A stretch of DNA of 32,000 bases from Acaryochloris marina S15 (GCF_018336915.1 NZ_CP064923.1:5280001-5312000); one strand, 5' to 3'; numbered from the stretch's first letter, positions 10,962 to 19,856 are shown. Notes: a model not told the origin generated them from the sequence alone. Program-made: numbers and translations.

Positions 10962-12494
10962 ATGACAAAGAAATTTTCTTGGTTGCATCTTGCGCTCTGT
11001 TCCCTGGCCCTACCCCTTAGCCTCAGTGCCTCGCCTGCGCAAGCACAAGTGCCGGGGTTCTGCCATTCCCCGCCGGGTGAGGCCAAAGCCAAACTCAAAC
11101 TCCTGCGGGCATCCATTGCAGGAGATGCGGCTGCTCAGCAAGCCTACAACCAACAAGTTGCTGCAGATGCTCGCCAACTCCAACAATGCCGATCCCGCAA
11201 TTGGCCTCAGAATCAGGCAATTTGGCTGCGGTTGCATGAGTGTGACCTAGAACCTGGTGTCCTCGACACCCTCCTGGACCGGATTGTCAGTCGAGGCTAT
11301 AACCAAGTCTATGTGGAGGTGTTTTATAACGGTCGGGTACTTCTACCGTCTGCCAATAACCCGACCACTTGGGCTTCAGAGATTCGCAACCCCAAGTATG
11401 CCAAGCGTGATCTGCTGGCAGAGGCGATTAAAAAAGGGCGGGCCAGGGGGCTGAAGGTCTATGCCTGGATGTTTAGCCTCAATTACGGCCATCAATATGG
11501 ACAACGGAGCGATCGCAACTCTGTATTGGCCCGTAACGGCAAAGGCAAAACCAGTCTGACCCTGTTGGACTATGCTGACCCCAATATCAATCTCGACAAT
11601 GGCGATATTGATCGGGCCTTTGTCGATCCCTATAGCGCCCAGGCCCGCCAAGACTATGCCCGCATGCTGCAAGCGATATTACAGCGCAAACCCGATGGCG
11701 TCCTGTTTGACTATATTCGCTATCCTCGGCAAACCGGAGGGGCTTCAGTCAGCAGTAAACTCAGCGATCTATGGATTTTTGGTAATTCGTCCCGTCAATC
11801 CTTGATTAATCGGGCCACTAACAAAAAGGGACAGGCTGTGATTCAACATTATCTGCAACAGGGTTCGATTTCTGCAGGCACGTTAAAAAGTTTTGATACG
11901 CAATATCCCAAGGAGAAAGCAGCTCTTTGGCAAGGGCGCAGTATTCCTAAAGGCAAACTTCCCTCAGTCGGTATCCGGACTACTCGCTTGAATCGGGATT
12001 TGTGGTTGTTGAGTGTCGCCCATGCATACCAAGGGGTTGTGGATTACCTCTCGATTTTTGCCACCACCTCTATGCGTCAAGGCGTTCCTGCCGGGGCCGC
12101 CTTTTTCCCAGATGCGAACCGTAAGGTAGGTAAAGGCTATGACTCTAGAATGCAGCCCTGGCATCGGTTTCCTAAAAATATTGAATGGCATGCCATGTCC
12201 TACGGCACCTGTGGTGATACGAGCTGTATTGTTCAACAGGTGCAGCGGGTCTTACAGCGATCATCAGGAGCTCAGGTGAAGCCTGTGATTGCAGGGCGAT
12301 GGGGCCAAATCTACCGCAACCGTCCTTCCTTAGAGGCCCAAATGTCGGCTATTCGCCGGGTTGCCCCCCAAGTTCGGACCGTCAGCCACTTTGATTTTTC
12401 ATGGCAAGATCCACAGTTTGCCAATGCCCGCCGTTCTTGTCGGGTGACCTTGCTGCCAGAAGAGGATAGTTTACAGTCCTCTAGGGTTCCCTAG
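10962..12494 (+). CDS. Secreted protein, glycoside-hydrolase-like family 10 (GHL10/DUF187, YngK-like) candidate
   Basis: The ORF is 10926..12494 (TTG). ATG 10962 starts a signal peptide, MTKKFSWLHLALCSLALPLSLSASPAQA. The core segment GYNQVYVEVFYNGRVLLPS...ARGLKVYAWMF resembles the TIM-barrel GHL10 family as I remember it. Confidence 0.6.
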   Translation: MTKKFSWLHLALCSLALPLSLSASPAQAQVPGFCHSPPGEAKAKLKLLRASIAGDAAAQQAYNQQVAADARQLQQCRSRNWPQNQAIWLRLHECDLEPGVLDTLLDRIVSRGYNQVYVEVFYNGRVLLPSANNPTTWASEIRNPKYAKRDLLAEAIKKGRARGLKVYAWMFSLNYGHQYGQRSDRNSVLARNGKGKTSLTLLDYADPNINLDNGDIDRAFVDPYSAQARQDYARMLQAILQRKPDGVLFDYIRYPRQTGGASVSSKLSDLWIFGNSSRQSLINRATNKKGQAVIQHYLQQGSISAGTLKSFDTQYPKEKAALWQGRSIPKGKLPSVGIRTTRLNRDLWLLSVAHAYQGVVDYLSIFATTSMRQGVPAGAAFFPDANRKVGKGYDSRMQPWHRFPKNIEWHAMSYGTCGDTSCIVQQVQRVLQRSSGAQVKPVIAGRWGQIYRNRPSLEAQMSAIRRVAPQVRTVSHFDFSWQDPQFANARRSCRVTLLPEEDSLQSSRVP

Positions 12495-12564
12495 CCAGAG
12501 GTAGAACCAAAGAAGAGAGTTGGCCAGATGTAAGGATAAGTATATCCACATTTCAGGACCAGCA

Positions 12565-12748
12565 ATGTCGGCATTGACCTGCCCTAGCGGTCGTACTCAA
12601 AACATTATCAATCCATCATGGCAAGCAAAGCCACCCATGTAAAACCTGTGGCCGTCAGTTTGTGGAAGCCCCTCAGCAACAGCGACTTGACTCATCCACT
12701 AAAAACCTGATCGATCAGCTATTGAGTAGGAGCGTAAAAATCTGTTAG
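12565..12748 (+). pseudogene. Degraded N-terminal fragment of an IS-type transposase (IS1-like Zn-finger/HTH region), frameshifted and truncated
   Basis: Frame A reads MSALTCPSGRTQNIINPSWQAKPPM*. Shifting frame gives KTCGRQFVEAPQQQRLDSSTKNLIDQLLSRSVKIC*. Together they mimic the CPxC...(K)CxxCGRQFVE...STKxLIDxLLLE N-terminus of cyanobacterial IS1-like transposases. There is no catalytic domain and I saw no terminal inverted repeats. Confidence 0.55.
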
Positions 12749-12811
12749 CAGCCCCTTAGACCAACCAGAGTCTTATGGGTTCTGATTGATTATCCTAGAT
12801 ATAGACAACGC

Positions 12812-14221
12812 ATGCAGATAACCAATATGGACCATCAACAACCCATTCAAGTGATTGGGGGAGGCTTAGCAGGGACTGAAGCAGCTTGGCAAATTGCCCA
12901 AGCAGGATGGCCCGTAATTTTGCATGAGATGCGCTCTGTAGAGGAAGAACGGCTGACGCCCGCTCACCATACGGATCAGCTAGCTGAGTTAGTCTGCAGT
13001 AATTCTTTTGGTGCACAATCTAGCGATCGCGCCGCCGGATTGCTCCATGCCGAACTGCGTCAGCTTGGCTCCATCATTATTAGCAAAGCCGATGAACATC
13101 AAGTTCCTGCCGGAGGAGCCTTAGCAGTCGATCGAGGCGTTTTTAGTCGCAATCTGACCGAAACGTTAGCGGAGCATCCCTGTGTCGAATTGCGTCGGGG
13201 CGAAGTGCCCGCCTTACCCGCAGACGGCATTGTGGTGTTGACTTCTGGGCCATTGACCAGTGCGGCTTTAACGGAGAGTTTGCATCAATTTACGGGGCAA
13301 GATTATCTCAGCTTTTTTGATGCCGCTAGCCCTATCATCGTGGGCGAATCCATTAATCGAGACGTGGCATTCCTGGCCTCTCGCTACGACCGAGGCGAAG
13401 CGGCCTATCTCAACTGCCCCATGAATCGGGAGCAATATTTAGCCTTTTTGCAGGCTATTTGTGCAGCAGAACAAGCTGAACTCAAGGATTTTGACAAAGA
13501 GACCGCTAAGTTTTTCGAGGGTTGTTTACCTATTGAAGAGATGGCACGCCGGGGGGAAGATACGATGCGCTATGGTCCTCTCAAGCCTGTGGGCTTATTC
13601 GATAACGACCGCTACGGCGATTTTCGTGCCCCTGAGAACCAGCAATACCGTCCTTATGCGGTAGCTCAACTCCGTCAGGAAGATAAAGCTGGAAAACTCT
13701 GGAATTTAGTGGGTTTCCAGACTAACTTGCGCTGGGGCGAACAAAAGCGAGTATTTCAAATGATTCCGGGGCTGGAGGCAGCGGAATTTGTGCGCATGGG
13801 CGTCATGCATCGCAATACGTTTATCAATGCTCCTGAGTTGCTGTATCCCACCTTGCAGTTTAAGCAACGGCCTACTTTGCTAGCAGCAGGACAGTTGATC
13901 GGTACAGAAGGCTATACAGCAGCGACGGCTGGGGGCTGGTTAGCCGGGACGAATGCAGTGCGGTTGGCCCAAGGCTTGGAACCTGTAGTGCTACCAACGA
14001 CCACCATGAGTGGTTCTCTGTTTGAGTTCATTAGCTCAGCAACACCAAAGCATTTTCAGCCGATGCCACCCAACTTTGGCATTATTCCTGATCTGCCCCA
14101 GCGGGTTCGGAATAAGCGGGAACGCTATGGGGTCTATCGCGATCGCGCGCTGGCAGATTTAACGGATTGGATCACGGAACCTGCTGTTTATCGTCAAATA
14201 ATGGCTCAGACAACCGTTTAA
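12812..14221 (+). CDS. trmFO: Methylenetetrahydrofolate--tRNA-(uracil54-C5)-methyltransferase (FADH2-oxidizing) TrmFO
   Basis: 469 aa. FAD-binding motif [16 protein letters not shown] is present, along with the TrmFO/Gid hallmarks [15 protein letters not shown] and [20 protein letters not shown]. Confidence 0.92.
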   Translation: MQITNMDHQQPIQVIGGGLAGTEAAWQIAQAGWPVILHEMRSVEEERLTPAHHTDQLAELVCSNSFGAQSSDRAAGLLHAELRQLGSIIISKADEHQVPAGGALAVDRGVFSRNLTETLAEHPCVELRRGEVPALPADGIVVLTSGPLTSAALTESLHQFTGQDYLSFFDAASPIIVGESINRDVAFLASRYDRGEAAYLNCPMNREQYLAFLQAICAAEQAELKDFDKETAKFFEGCLPIEEMARRGEDTMRYGPLKPVGLFDNDRYGDFRAPENQQYRPYAVAQLRQEDKAGKLWNLVGFQTNLRWGEQKRVFQMIPGLEAAEFVRMGVMHRNTFINAPELLYPTLQFKQRPTLLAAGQLIGTEGYTAATAGGWLAGTNAVRLAQGLEPVVLPTTTMSGSLFEFISSATPKHFQPMPPNFGIIPDLPQRVRNKRERYGVYRDRALADLTDWITEPAVYRQIMAQTTV

Positions 14222-14388
14222 GTCTGAGGATCTAAGTTGTCAGAAGTAGGGGGCATTCTTTTGGGTATCTGGCTGCGGGGGTATTCCTTGCCATGTCGGA
14301 AAATCCAAGGTTGGTGTAAACGTCAAACTTATGAACACAATTTCCAGTTTTTTAGCTCAGCATCTTTAAAATAAGAAGTTCATCGTGA

Positions 14389-15555
14389 TTATTGATGCTT
14401 ACATTGTTGGATAGCTTCTATCACATGGTGAGCTGCCTGCTCAACATCTTCTAGAGTTGTGAATCGACCTAATCCAAATCTCAGTGTTGCTTTAGACAGT
14501 TGAGAAGACATCCCTAAAGCCGTCAACACATGGGAAGGAGAGGGTTTACTAGACGCACACGCAGATCCTGAAGATAGTGCTACATAGGGCTGCACTCCCA
14601 ACAACAACGTTGCACCATCCACATCAGCAAAACTCACAGATAAACACCCCGGCAATCGCTGTTGAGGATGGCCATTCAAGTGAATCCCATCTAACACCTG
14701 TAACATCTTCCAAAGATGAGTTCTAAGCTCTGTCAAACGCTCTGCCTCTGTTGCTTGCTCCGCTAATCCCAGCTCAATCGCTTTCCCTAAACCGATAATT
14801 TGAGGCGTCGGCAACGTACCCGATCTCACATTCCGTTCTTGCCCACCTCCCTGCAATTGAGCGGCAACCTGCACATGGGGATGACGGCTACGAACATATA
14901 GCGCCCCAACCCCTTTAGGGCCATAGAGCTTATGCCCCGTGATTGACAGCAAATCAATTTGCATCGCCTCCACATCCAACGGGATTTTGCCAATCGCCTG
15001 AGCCGCATCCGTATGAAACAGAACATCATGGTGACGACACATATGACCTATTTCAGCGATGGGCTGTAATACTCCGATTTCATTATTTGCCGCCATCACC
15101 GACACCAAAATCGTATCGGCCCGTATCGCCTGTTCCAAACACTCCATATCTAGCAGCCCATCCGGTTGAGGAAGCAAATACGTCACCTCAAACCCTAGCT
15201 TTTCTAGATATTTACAGGGCTCTAAAACAGCATTATGCTCCGTCTGCATCGTAATTAGATGCCGTCCCTTACTGAGATAGACTTCTGCTATCCCCTTAAT
15301 TGCGAGATTATTGGCCTCCGTCGCACCACTGGTAAACACAATCTCTTTAGGTTCCGCACCAATAGCCTGAGCAATCGTTTCACGGGCTAGGTCAACCGCT
15401 GCTTTCGCTTCCCAACCATAGAGATGATTATTGCTAGAAGGATTGCCAGGACAGTCCGTAAAGTAGGGCAGCATTGCCTCCACTACCCTCGGGTCTACTG
15501 GGGTTGTCGCTTGGCAGTCTAGATAAATTGGGCGCTCAGGCAAAGAGGGCATCAT
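14389..15555 (-). CDS. Cysteine desulfurase, class V aminotransferase, group I (IscS/NifS-like)
   Basis: 388 aa. The start IYLDCQATTPVDPRV is typical. The PLP lysine motif is SITGHKLYGPKGVGALYVR and the catalytic Cys loop is SSGSACAS. Confidence 0.9.
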   Translation of the reverse strand: MMPSLPERPIYLDCQATTPVDPRVVEAMLPYFTDCPGNPSSNNHLYGWEAKAAVDLARETIAQAIGAEPKEIVFTSGATEANNLAIKGIAEVYLSKGRHLITMQTEHNAVLEPCKYLEKLGFEVTYLLPQPDGLLDMECLEQAIRADTILVSVMAANNEIGVLQPIAEIGHMCRHHDVLFHTDAAQAIGKIPLDVEAMQIDLLSITGHKLYGPKGVGALYVRSRHPHVQVAAQLQGGGQERNVRSGTLPTPQIIGLGKAIELGLAEQATEAERLTELRTHLWKMLQVLDGIHLNGHPQQRLPGCLSVSFADVDGATLLLGVQPYVALSSGSACASSKPSPSHVLTALGMSSQLSKATLRFGLGRFTTLEDVEQAAHHVIEAIQQCKHQ

Positions 15556-15617
15556 TCAAATGTCGCCAGAGAGGACTGCAAACTCTTTCTACGGGTGTAT
15601 CAGTTTAGGTATAAACA

Positions 15618-15669
15618 GTTCGAATTAATAGGTGCAATAAGGGTAATTTATACACCTATTAATTCGAAC
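15618..15669 (-). promoter_or_regulatory. Perfect 17-bp inverted repeat (hairpin or operator) between the rhodanese and cysteine desulfurase genes
   Basis: GTTCGAATTAATAGGTG (15618-15634) and CACCTATTAATTCGAAC (15653-15669) are exact reverse complements separated by 18 nt. The element begins 4 nt after the rhodanese stop and ends 62 nt upstream of the desulfurase start. Confidence 0.6.
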
Positions 15670-15673
15670 ATCT

Positions 15674-16675
15674 TTACTCTGGCACATCACCAACAGCCTG
15701 AGACGTTTGAGCCTGGACAGTCAGCGGATACCCTGCAGGTGACCCCGCTGACCATTCCCACATGGAACCAGCATAGTTTTGCACCTGAAACCCCAAGTCA
15801 GCCAGAACAACCGTTAGCCATCCCGAGCGAATCCCCCCAGTACAGTAAGCCACCACCACAGTTTCTTGGGTAATCCCTAAATTAGCGAGTTTTGCCACAA
15901 TCTGATCTCGGGGTAAAAGCCTGCCTTGAGGCGTTAACAGATCCTGAAAATGTAGGGAAATAGCCCCCGGCACATGCCCTCGCCGCTGCTCTCCATAAGG
16001 AGTCGCTCCTGCATACTCTTTGGGAGTACGCGTATCGATTAACACTAGATTGGGTCGATCAAGAGCCGCTTTTAATTCCGCTTTCTGAATCTGCCAGGTG
16101 GGATTTCTTTGAACCTCAAAATCTCCCTGTTTCGGCATGTCGGGAGCAGTCAGGTTCAATGACACTAAGGCTGAATACCCACCGTCCACCATCACCGCCT
16201 GTGGATGCCCTAGAGTTCTCAACATCCAAACAATCCGTCCCTCCTCTCCCCAACCCTGCGGTGGATTGGCAAAAACAACCACAGGCCGCTCTTTGGAGAT
16301 TCCTAATCTCCTGAGTTTCTGGTTTAAAACTGCATCGCTCTCTAGCAGCGTTCCTTTGCGGACTTTATTAGAGGGAGAAAAATCTTGCCATCGCACCGGA
16401 ATACTCCCCGGTAGCTGATTGAAACCCAACCACTGATTCCCTCGGGCATCCAGCAGGGTAGCGCCTTGATCGACTAAAGCCTTAGCTTCTAATGCACTGA
16501 CCACCCAAGTTTGTTCAAGCTGAGGTAGCTGGGAACGCAGCGTGTAAGAAATTTGCGGCGAATTTGTGCGAGAAGTAGTGTTTGTAGTGTGAGTGAATGC
16601 GATCGCACCCAAAAACAGCACAATTCCCAGAACTGCAGCTCGTATCACCTTTGCAGGAACAGGACTACGCATCAT
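15674..16675 (-). CDS. Tandem-rhodanese sulfurtransferase (thiosulfate/3-mercaptopyruvate sulfurtransferase-like) with an N-terminal membrane anchor or signal sequence
   Basis: There are two rhodanese modules, and the active-site loop CTGGIRSG sits in the C-terminal one. The ORF track starts at 16723, but codons 1-16 overlap the tRNA-Thr on the same strand. I therefore place the start at the MM pair (complement ATG 16673-16675), giving MMRSPVPAKVIRAAVLGIVLFLGAIAF. Confidence 0.85.
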   Translation of the reverse strand: MMRSPVPAKVIRAAVLGIVLFLGAIAFTHTTNTTSRTNSPQISYTLRSQLPQLEQTWVVSALEAKALVDQGATLLDARGNQWLGFNQLPGSIPVRWQDFSPSNKVRKGTLLESDAVLNQKLRRLGISKERPVVVFANPPQGWGEEGRIVWMLRTLGHPQAVMVDGGYSALVSLNLTAPDMPKQGDFEVQRNPTWQIQKAELKAALDRPNLVLIDTRTPKEYAGATPYGEQRRGHVPGAISLHFQDLLTPQGRLLPRDQIVAKLANLGITQETVVVAYCTGGIRSGWLTVVLADLGFQVQNYAGSMWEWSAGSPAGYPLTVQAQTSQAVGDVPE

Positions 16676-16700
16676 CCTATAAGTAGGATAGAAACCAAAA

Positions 16701-16773
16701 AGCTGGTGACATGACTCGAACATGCGACCGGCTGATTACAAATCAGCTGCTCTACCAACTGAGCTACACCAGC
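16701..16773 (-). tRNA. tRNA-Thr (anticodon UGU)
   Basis: The reverse complement folds as a cloverleaf: GCTGGTG TA GCTC AGTTGGTA GAGC A GCTGA TTTGTAA TCAGC CGGTC GCATG TTCGAGT CATGT CACCAGC T. The length is 73 nt and CCA is not encoded. Confidence 0.92.
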
Positions 16774-16976
16774 GTGCTTAGACATTATATAAGCGTTATG
16801 GCCAAAACGCCCATACCCATCAAACTAGCTCATCTATGATAATTCAGATATTCCCACTTTTTCATAAATGGTGGCAAATTCTCTGTAGATTGTAGAGAAG
16901 CACCCGTTGGGCAATAGCCATTGCCCTGCTCTCATCCGGTAGCAAGGTTGCCGTAATCCCTGATTTTGCCCTGCTC

Positions 16977-18290
16977 ATGACTATGAATTGGACGGTTGAG
17001 CAAGTGATTGCTCTATCTCCGGACGATAAATCCACCAAAAACGGTAAAAGTTTGGCAAATGCCAGTAAATGGCAAACCTTATGCACAAATAACCAGGCCA
17101 TTTGGGGCGAATGTCGCGGCAGTGGCAAGAAGCCTTACCGCACCCAAATTGATCTCAGCGAACCCGCTTTTCGCTGTAGCTGCCCGAGCCGCAAGTTTCC
17201 CTGCAAGCATTCCCTGGCACTGTTTTTGCTGCTAGCTAACCAAGTCGATTTATTTACCACCGCCGATCCACCTGACTGGGTACAGGAATGGTTAGAGAAG
17301 CGCTCGAAAACCGCATCACGCAAGCAGGCCAAGGCCGCCACCGCCGATCCAGAAGCCCAAGCCAAGCGTATCGCTCAGCGAGAAACCAAAATCCTTGCAG
17401 GTCTGGCCGATTTAGACCAGTGGCTCCAGGATTTAATGCGTCAGGGCTTAGCCACTGCCCAAACTCAACCCTATAGCTTTTGGGAAAAGGCCGCCGCCCG
17501 CATGGTCGATGCCCAAGCCCCCGGACTCGCCCGTCGCCTACGAGAAATGGCCAGTATTCCTCACACAGGCGGCAATTGGCCTTCTCGCCTGTTAGCCGAA
17601 CTGGGCAAGCTTTATTTGCTCATGCAAGGCTATCAGCGACTGGCAACTTTACCAGAAGCCGTGCAAGCAGAACTGCGATCGCAAATCGGCTGGACCCAAA
17701 AACAAGAGGATCTGCTCACTAGCCCCTCCCCTCTAGCGGTCAAGGATACCTGGTCAGTCCTGGGCAAACGGATCACCACCGAAGAAAACTTAAATGTTCA
17801 ACGCGTCTGGCTTTGGGGAATCACCCATCAACGCCCTGCCCTCATTCTCAGTTTTGGGTATCAAAATCAGCCCCTCGACACCAGCTTGATACCCGGAACT
17901 CAGATCTCGGCAGAGTTGGTGTTCTATCCAGGACTCTATCCCCTACGGGCATTGGTCAAAGAGCGACAACCTGGCGTTGACCTCATCCCCCCATCTGGAG
18001 GTGCAGTCCAGCTGGCTGACGCCATCACCCATTACGGAACTGCACTAGCCACCAACCCTTGGCTAGTACAGTTTCCATTGCTGTTAACAGCAGTCATCCC
18101 TCACCAGAAGGATCAACAATGGTACATCGCAGATTCTCATGGGCATCACTTACCCCTCCAGTTAGGGTTTGATGCTTGGTCCCTGCTGGCCTTAAGTGGT
18201 GGGCATCCAATCATGCTCTTTGGTGAATGGAATGGCCACAACCTCCTCCCCCTCAGCCTATGGCCTGACAACCGCTTTGTCCCTTGCTAG
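16977..18290 (+). CDS. SWIM zinc-finger family protein
   Basis: 437 aa. The CxCx6CxH SWIM signature is FRCSCPSRKFPCKHSLALFLL (nt 17175-17210). It is preceded by W..EQV.AL.PD..S..G..LA...W......IWGECRGSGKKPY, which I recognise from the SWIM proteins of SWIM/DUF5691 clusters. Confidence 0.85.
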   Translation: MTMNWTVEQVIALSPDDKSTKNGKSLANASKWQTLCTNNQAIWGECRGSGKKPYRTQIDLSEPAFRCSCPSRKFPCKHSLALFLLLANQVDLFTTADPPDWVQEWLEKRSKTASRKQAKAATADPEAQAKRIAQRETKILAGLADLDQWLQDLMRQGLATAQTQPYSFWEKAAARMVDAQAPGLARRLREMASIPHTGGNWPSRLLAELGKLYLLMQGYQRLATLPEAVQAELRSQIGWTQKQEDLLTSPSPLAVKDTWSVLGKRITTEENLNVQRVWLWGITHQRPALILSFGYQNQPLDTSLIPGTQISAELVFYPGLYPLRALVKERQPGVDLIPPSGGAVQLADAITHYGTALATNPWLVQFPLLLTAVIPHQKDQQWYIADSHGHHLPLQLGFDAWSLLALSGGHPIMLFGEWNGHNLLPLSLWPDNRFVPC

Positions 18291-18293
18291 GAG
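18289..18293 (+). promoter_or_regulatory. Shine-Dalgarno (AGGAG) for the downstream gene, overlapping the SWIM gene stop codon
   Basis: The sequence is ...TGC TAG GAG ATC ATG ATG. AGGAG lies 3 nt before the first ATG and 6 nt before the second, which implies translational coupling of the two genes. Confidence 0.5.
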
Positions 18294-18296
18294 ATC

Positions 18297-19856
18297 ATGA
18301 TGCCAACCCCTTGGGAACAGCTAGTCGCCCATGCCTTAATCGGTACCGATCGCCAAGCTCCACAATTGCCAACGGGCGAGGGGCAACTCGAAGTATTGCT
18401 GAGCCAAGTTCCCCCAGAGCCCGAACCCATGCTCTTACAATCTGCGGGTATTTTGGCCAGTTATCAACAGGCAGGACAATGTGCATTCTCTCAGGTGGGA
18501 CCACTACCGAATCCCTGTCCAGAGGAAACCTTATCCCGCTGCAGTGATCGTACCCATCAACATCTACAAACGATTCTCAATGGCGAATACAAAGACGTTT
18601 TATATGAACTCTTGGATCTCATGGGCCAAGCTCACCAATATGTTCCAGCAGAAACCTTACCCGCCCTCTTAGATCAGGGCCGTGGGCACACCCAGGTACG
18701 ACCCCGTATCCAAAATGTTATGGGTGAACGGGGTCGCTGGTTGGCACAACAACATTCGGCTTGGGCTTATGCAGCAGGTCAACCTTTGCCTTATACCCAG
18801 GCTGGGGAAATCGACCAAGAGGCTGTGGAAAACTTGTGGAAAACTTCTGATTACGCCCTCCGAATCGATCTGTTGAAAACTTTCAGAAGTCTTAATCCTC
18901 AAGCCGCTCGAGAGATGTTGAGCACCACATGGAAACAAGAAAAGGCGAAAGATCGAGCAACGTTTCTCGCCATCCTAACCACGCATCTCAGTGTAGAAGA
19001 TGAACCCTTTCTAGAGATAGCATTACATGATCGCGCCCAGGAAGTCCGCACCTGTGCAGGTGGCCTGCTAGCCCATTTGCCCGATTCACAATATTGCCAG
19101 CGCATGACTGCCCAGGTACAAACCTATATTCAGTTTGAGGACAATACCCTCTCCATTACACTCCCCAAAGATGATGGCTCCTGGAAAACTGAGCGTTCTT
19201 ACTCCCAATCAAGTCAGTTAGGAAGGCGAGGGAGTCTGCTAATGCGAATCGTAGCAGGCGTTCCCTTAAACTTTTGGTCAGGCGATATAGATGCTCTGAT
19301 CCAAACCGCCCAGACACACCAACAGGGTGCTGCTCTATTACAAGGATGGACCATCGCAGCCCAGAGACAAGCCAATCCATCGTGGATCCAACGAATGATG
19401 GGCTATTGGCTCAGCAATCCTACCGAGAAGCAAACCTATGACCCTATTGATTTTCTGATTAAACGGTTGCCCGCTGAACAGGTTGAGCCGCTATTTCTAA
19501 AATACCTAGCCGAATCCAGCTCTCCAGCAGAAAAAGCCACGAAATATATCAGATTAGCCAAGTGGGGCCCATTATTTAGTCCTAATTTCAGTCAAGTCTG
19601 GTGGGAAACCCTCGAGCCTGACCTCAACCTATTACTTGCCAACACTTCAAATTCTTTCCAGGCACGATCACCTTTTGCAACGTTGCTATCGCTGTTCGAG
19701 ACCGTGTCTTTCAATCTGCATCCCATCATTGCAGATGATGTCATTGCTTACCTCAACCACTTGAATAGCGATTCATTCTCGACCTATCAACAAAACAGCT
19801 TGATGCTATGGCAAAACACCCTTGAATTTCGTAAATCTATCTGGGCAGAGTTTTAA
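18297..19856 (+). CDS. DUF5691-like protein (partner of the SWIM protein), containing HEAT-like repeats
   Basis: 519 aa. The N-terminus PWEQLVAHALIGTDRQ matches the W..L...AL.GT.R opening I recall for DUF5691. A HEAT-like segment is present (LHDRAQEVRTCAGGLLAHLPDS). The gene is only 6 nt from the SWIM stop. Confidence 0.7.
   Translation: MMPTPWEQLVAHALIGTDRQAPQLPTGEGQLEVLLSQVPPEPEPMLLQSAGILASYQQAGQCAFSQVGPLPNPCPEETLSRCSDRTHQHLQTILNGEYKDVLYELLDLMGQAHQYVPAETLPALLDQGRGHTQVRPRIQNVMGERGRWLAQQHSAWAYAAGQPLPYTQAGEIDQEAVENLWKTSDYALRIDLLKTFRSLNPQAAREMLSTTWKQEKAKDRATFLAILTTHLSVEDEPFLEIALHDRAQEVRTCAGGLLAHLPDSQYCQRMTAQVQTYIQFEDNTLSITLPKDDGSWKTERSYSQSSQLGRRGSLLMRIVAGVPLNFWSGDIDALIQTAQTHQQGAALLQGWTIAAQRQANPSWIQRMMGYWLSNPTEKQTYDPIDFLIKRLPAEQVEPLFLKYLAESSSPAEKATKYIRLAKWGPLFSPNFSQVWWETLEPDLNLLLANTSNSFQARSPFATLLSLFETVSFNLHPIIADDVIAYLNHLNSDSFSTYQQNSLMLWQNTLEFRKSIWAEF

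Noticed and set aside
15595-15873. 92-aa plus-strand ORF (proline- and glutamine-rich)
   Set aside because: It starts inside the 17-bp inverted repeat and is antisense to the well-supported C-terminal rhodanese domain. Its composition is low-complexity.
16676-16723. N-terminal 16 codons (MFESCHQLFGFYPTYR) of the rhodanese ORF as given in the track
   Set aside because: These codons overlap the 3' half of tRNA-Thr on the same strand. The downstream Met-Met starts a sensible hydrophobic N-terminus.
16862-17128. 88-aa minus-strand ORF upstream of and overlapping the SWIM gene start
   Set aside because: It overlaps the SWIM ORF antisense and has no motifs. It is probably non-coding promoter or leader sequence.
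17008-17722. Alternative-frame Arg/Pro/Ala-rich ORFs inside the SWIM gene (17008..17235, 17288..17476, 17480..17722, 17135..17365 -)
   Set aside because: These are frame-shifted shadows of a GC-richer coding segment, and their composition is typical of off-frame translation.
9746-19856. Calling the MoxR ATPase and the SWIM/DUF5691-like pair one contiguous system
   Set aside because: They are separated by 6.3 kb containing unrelated genes (a GHL10-like gene, trmFO, a desulfurase, a rhodanese and a tRNA). Only a hypothesis of functional linkage is reported, not a feature.
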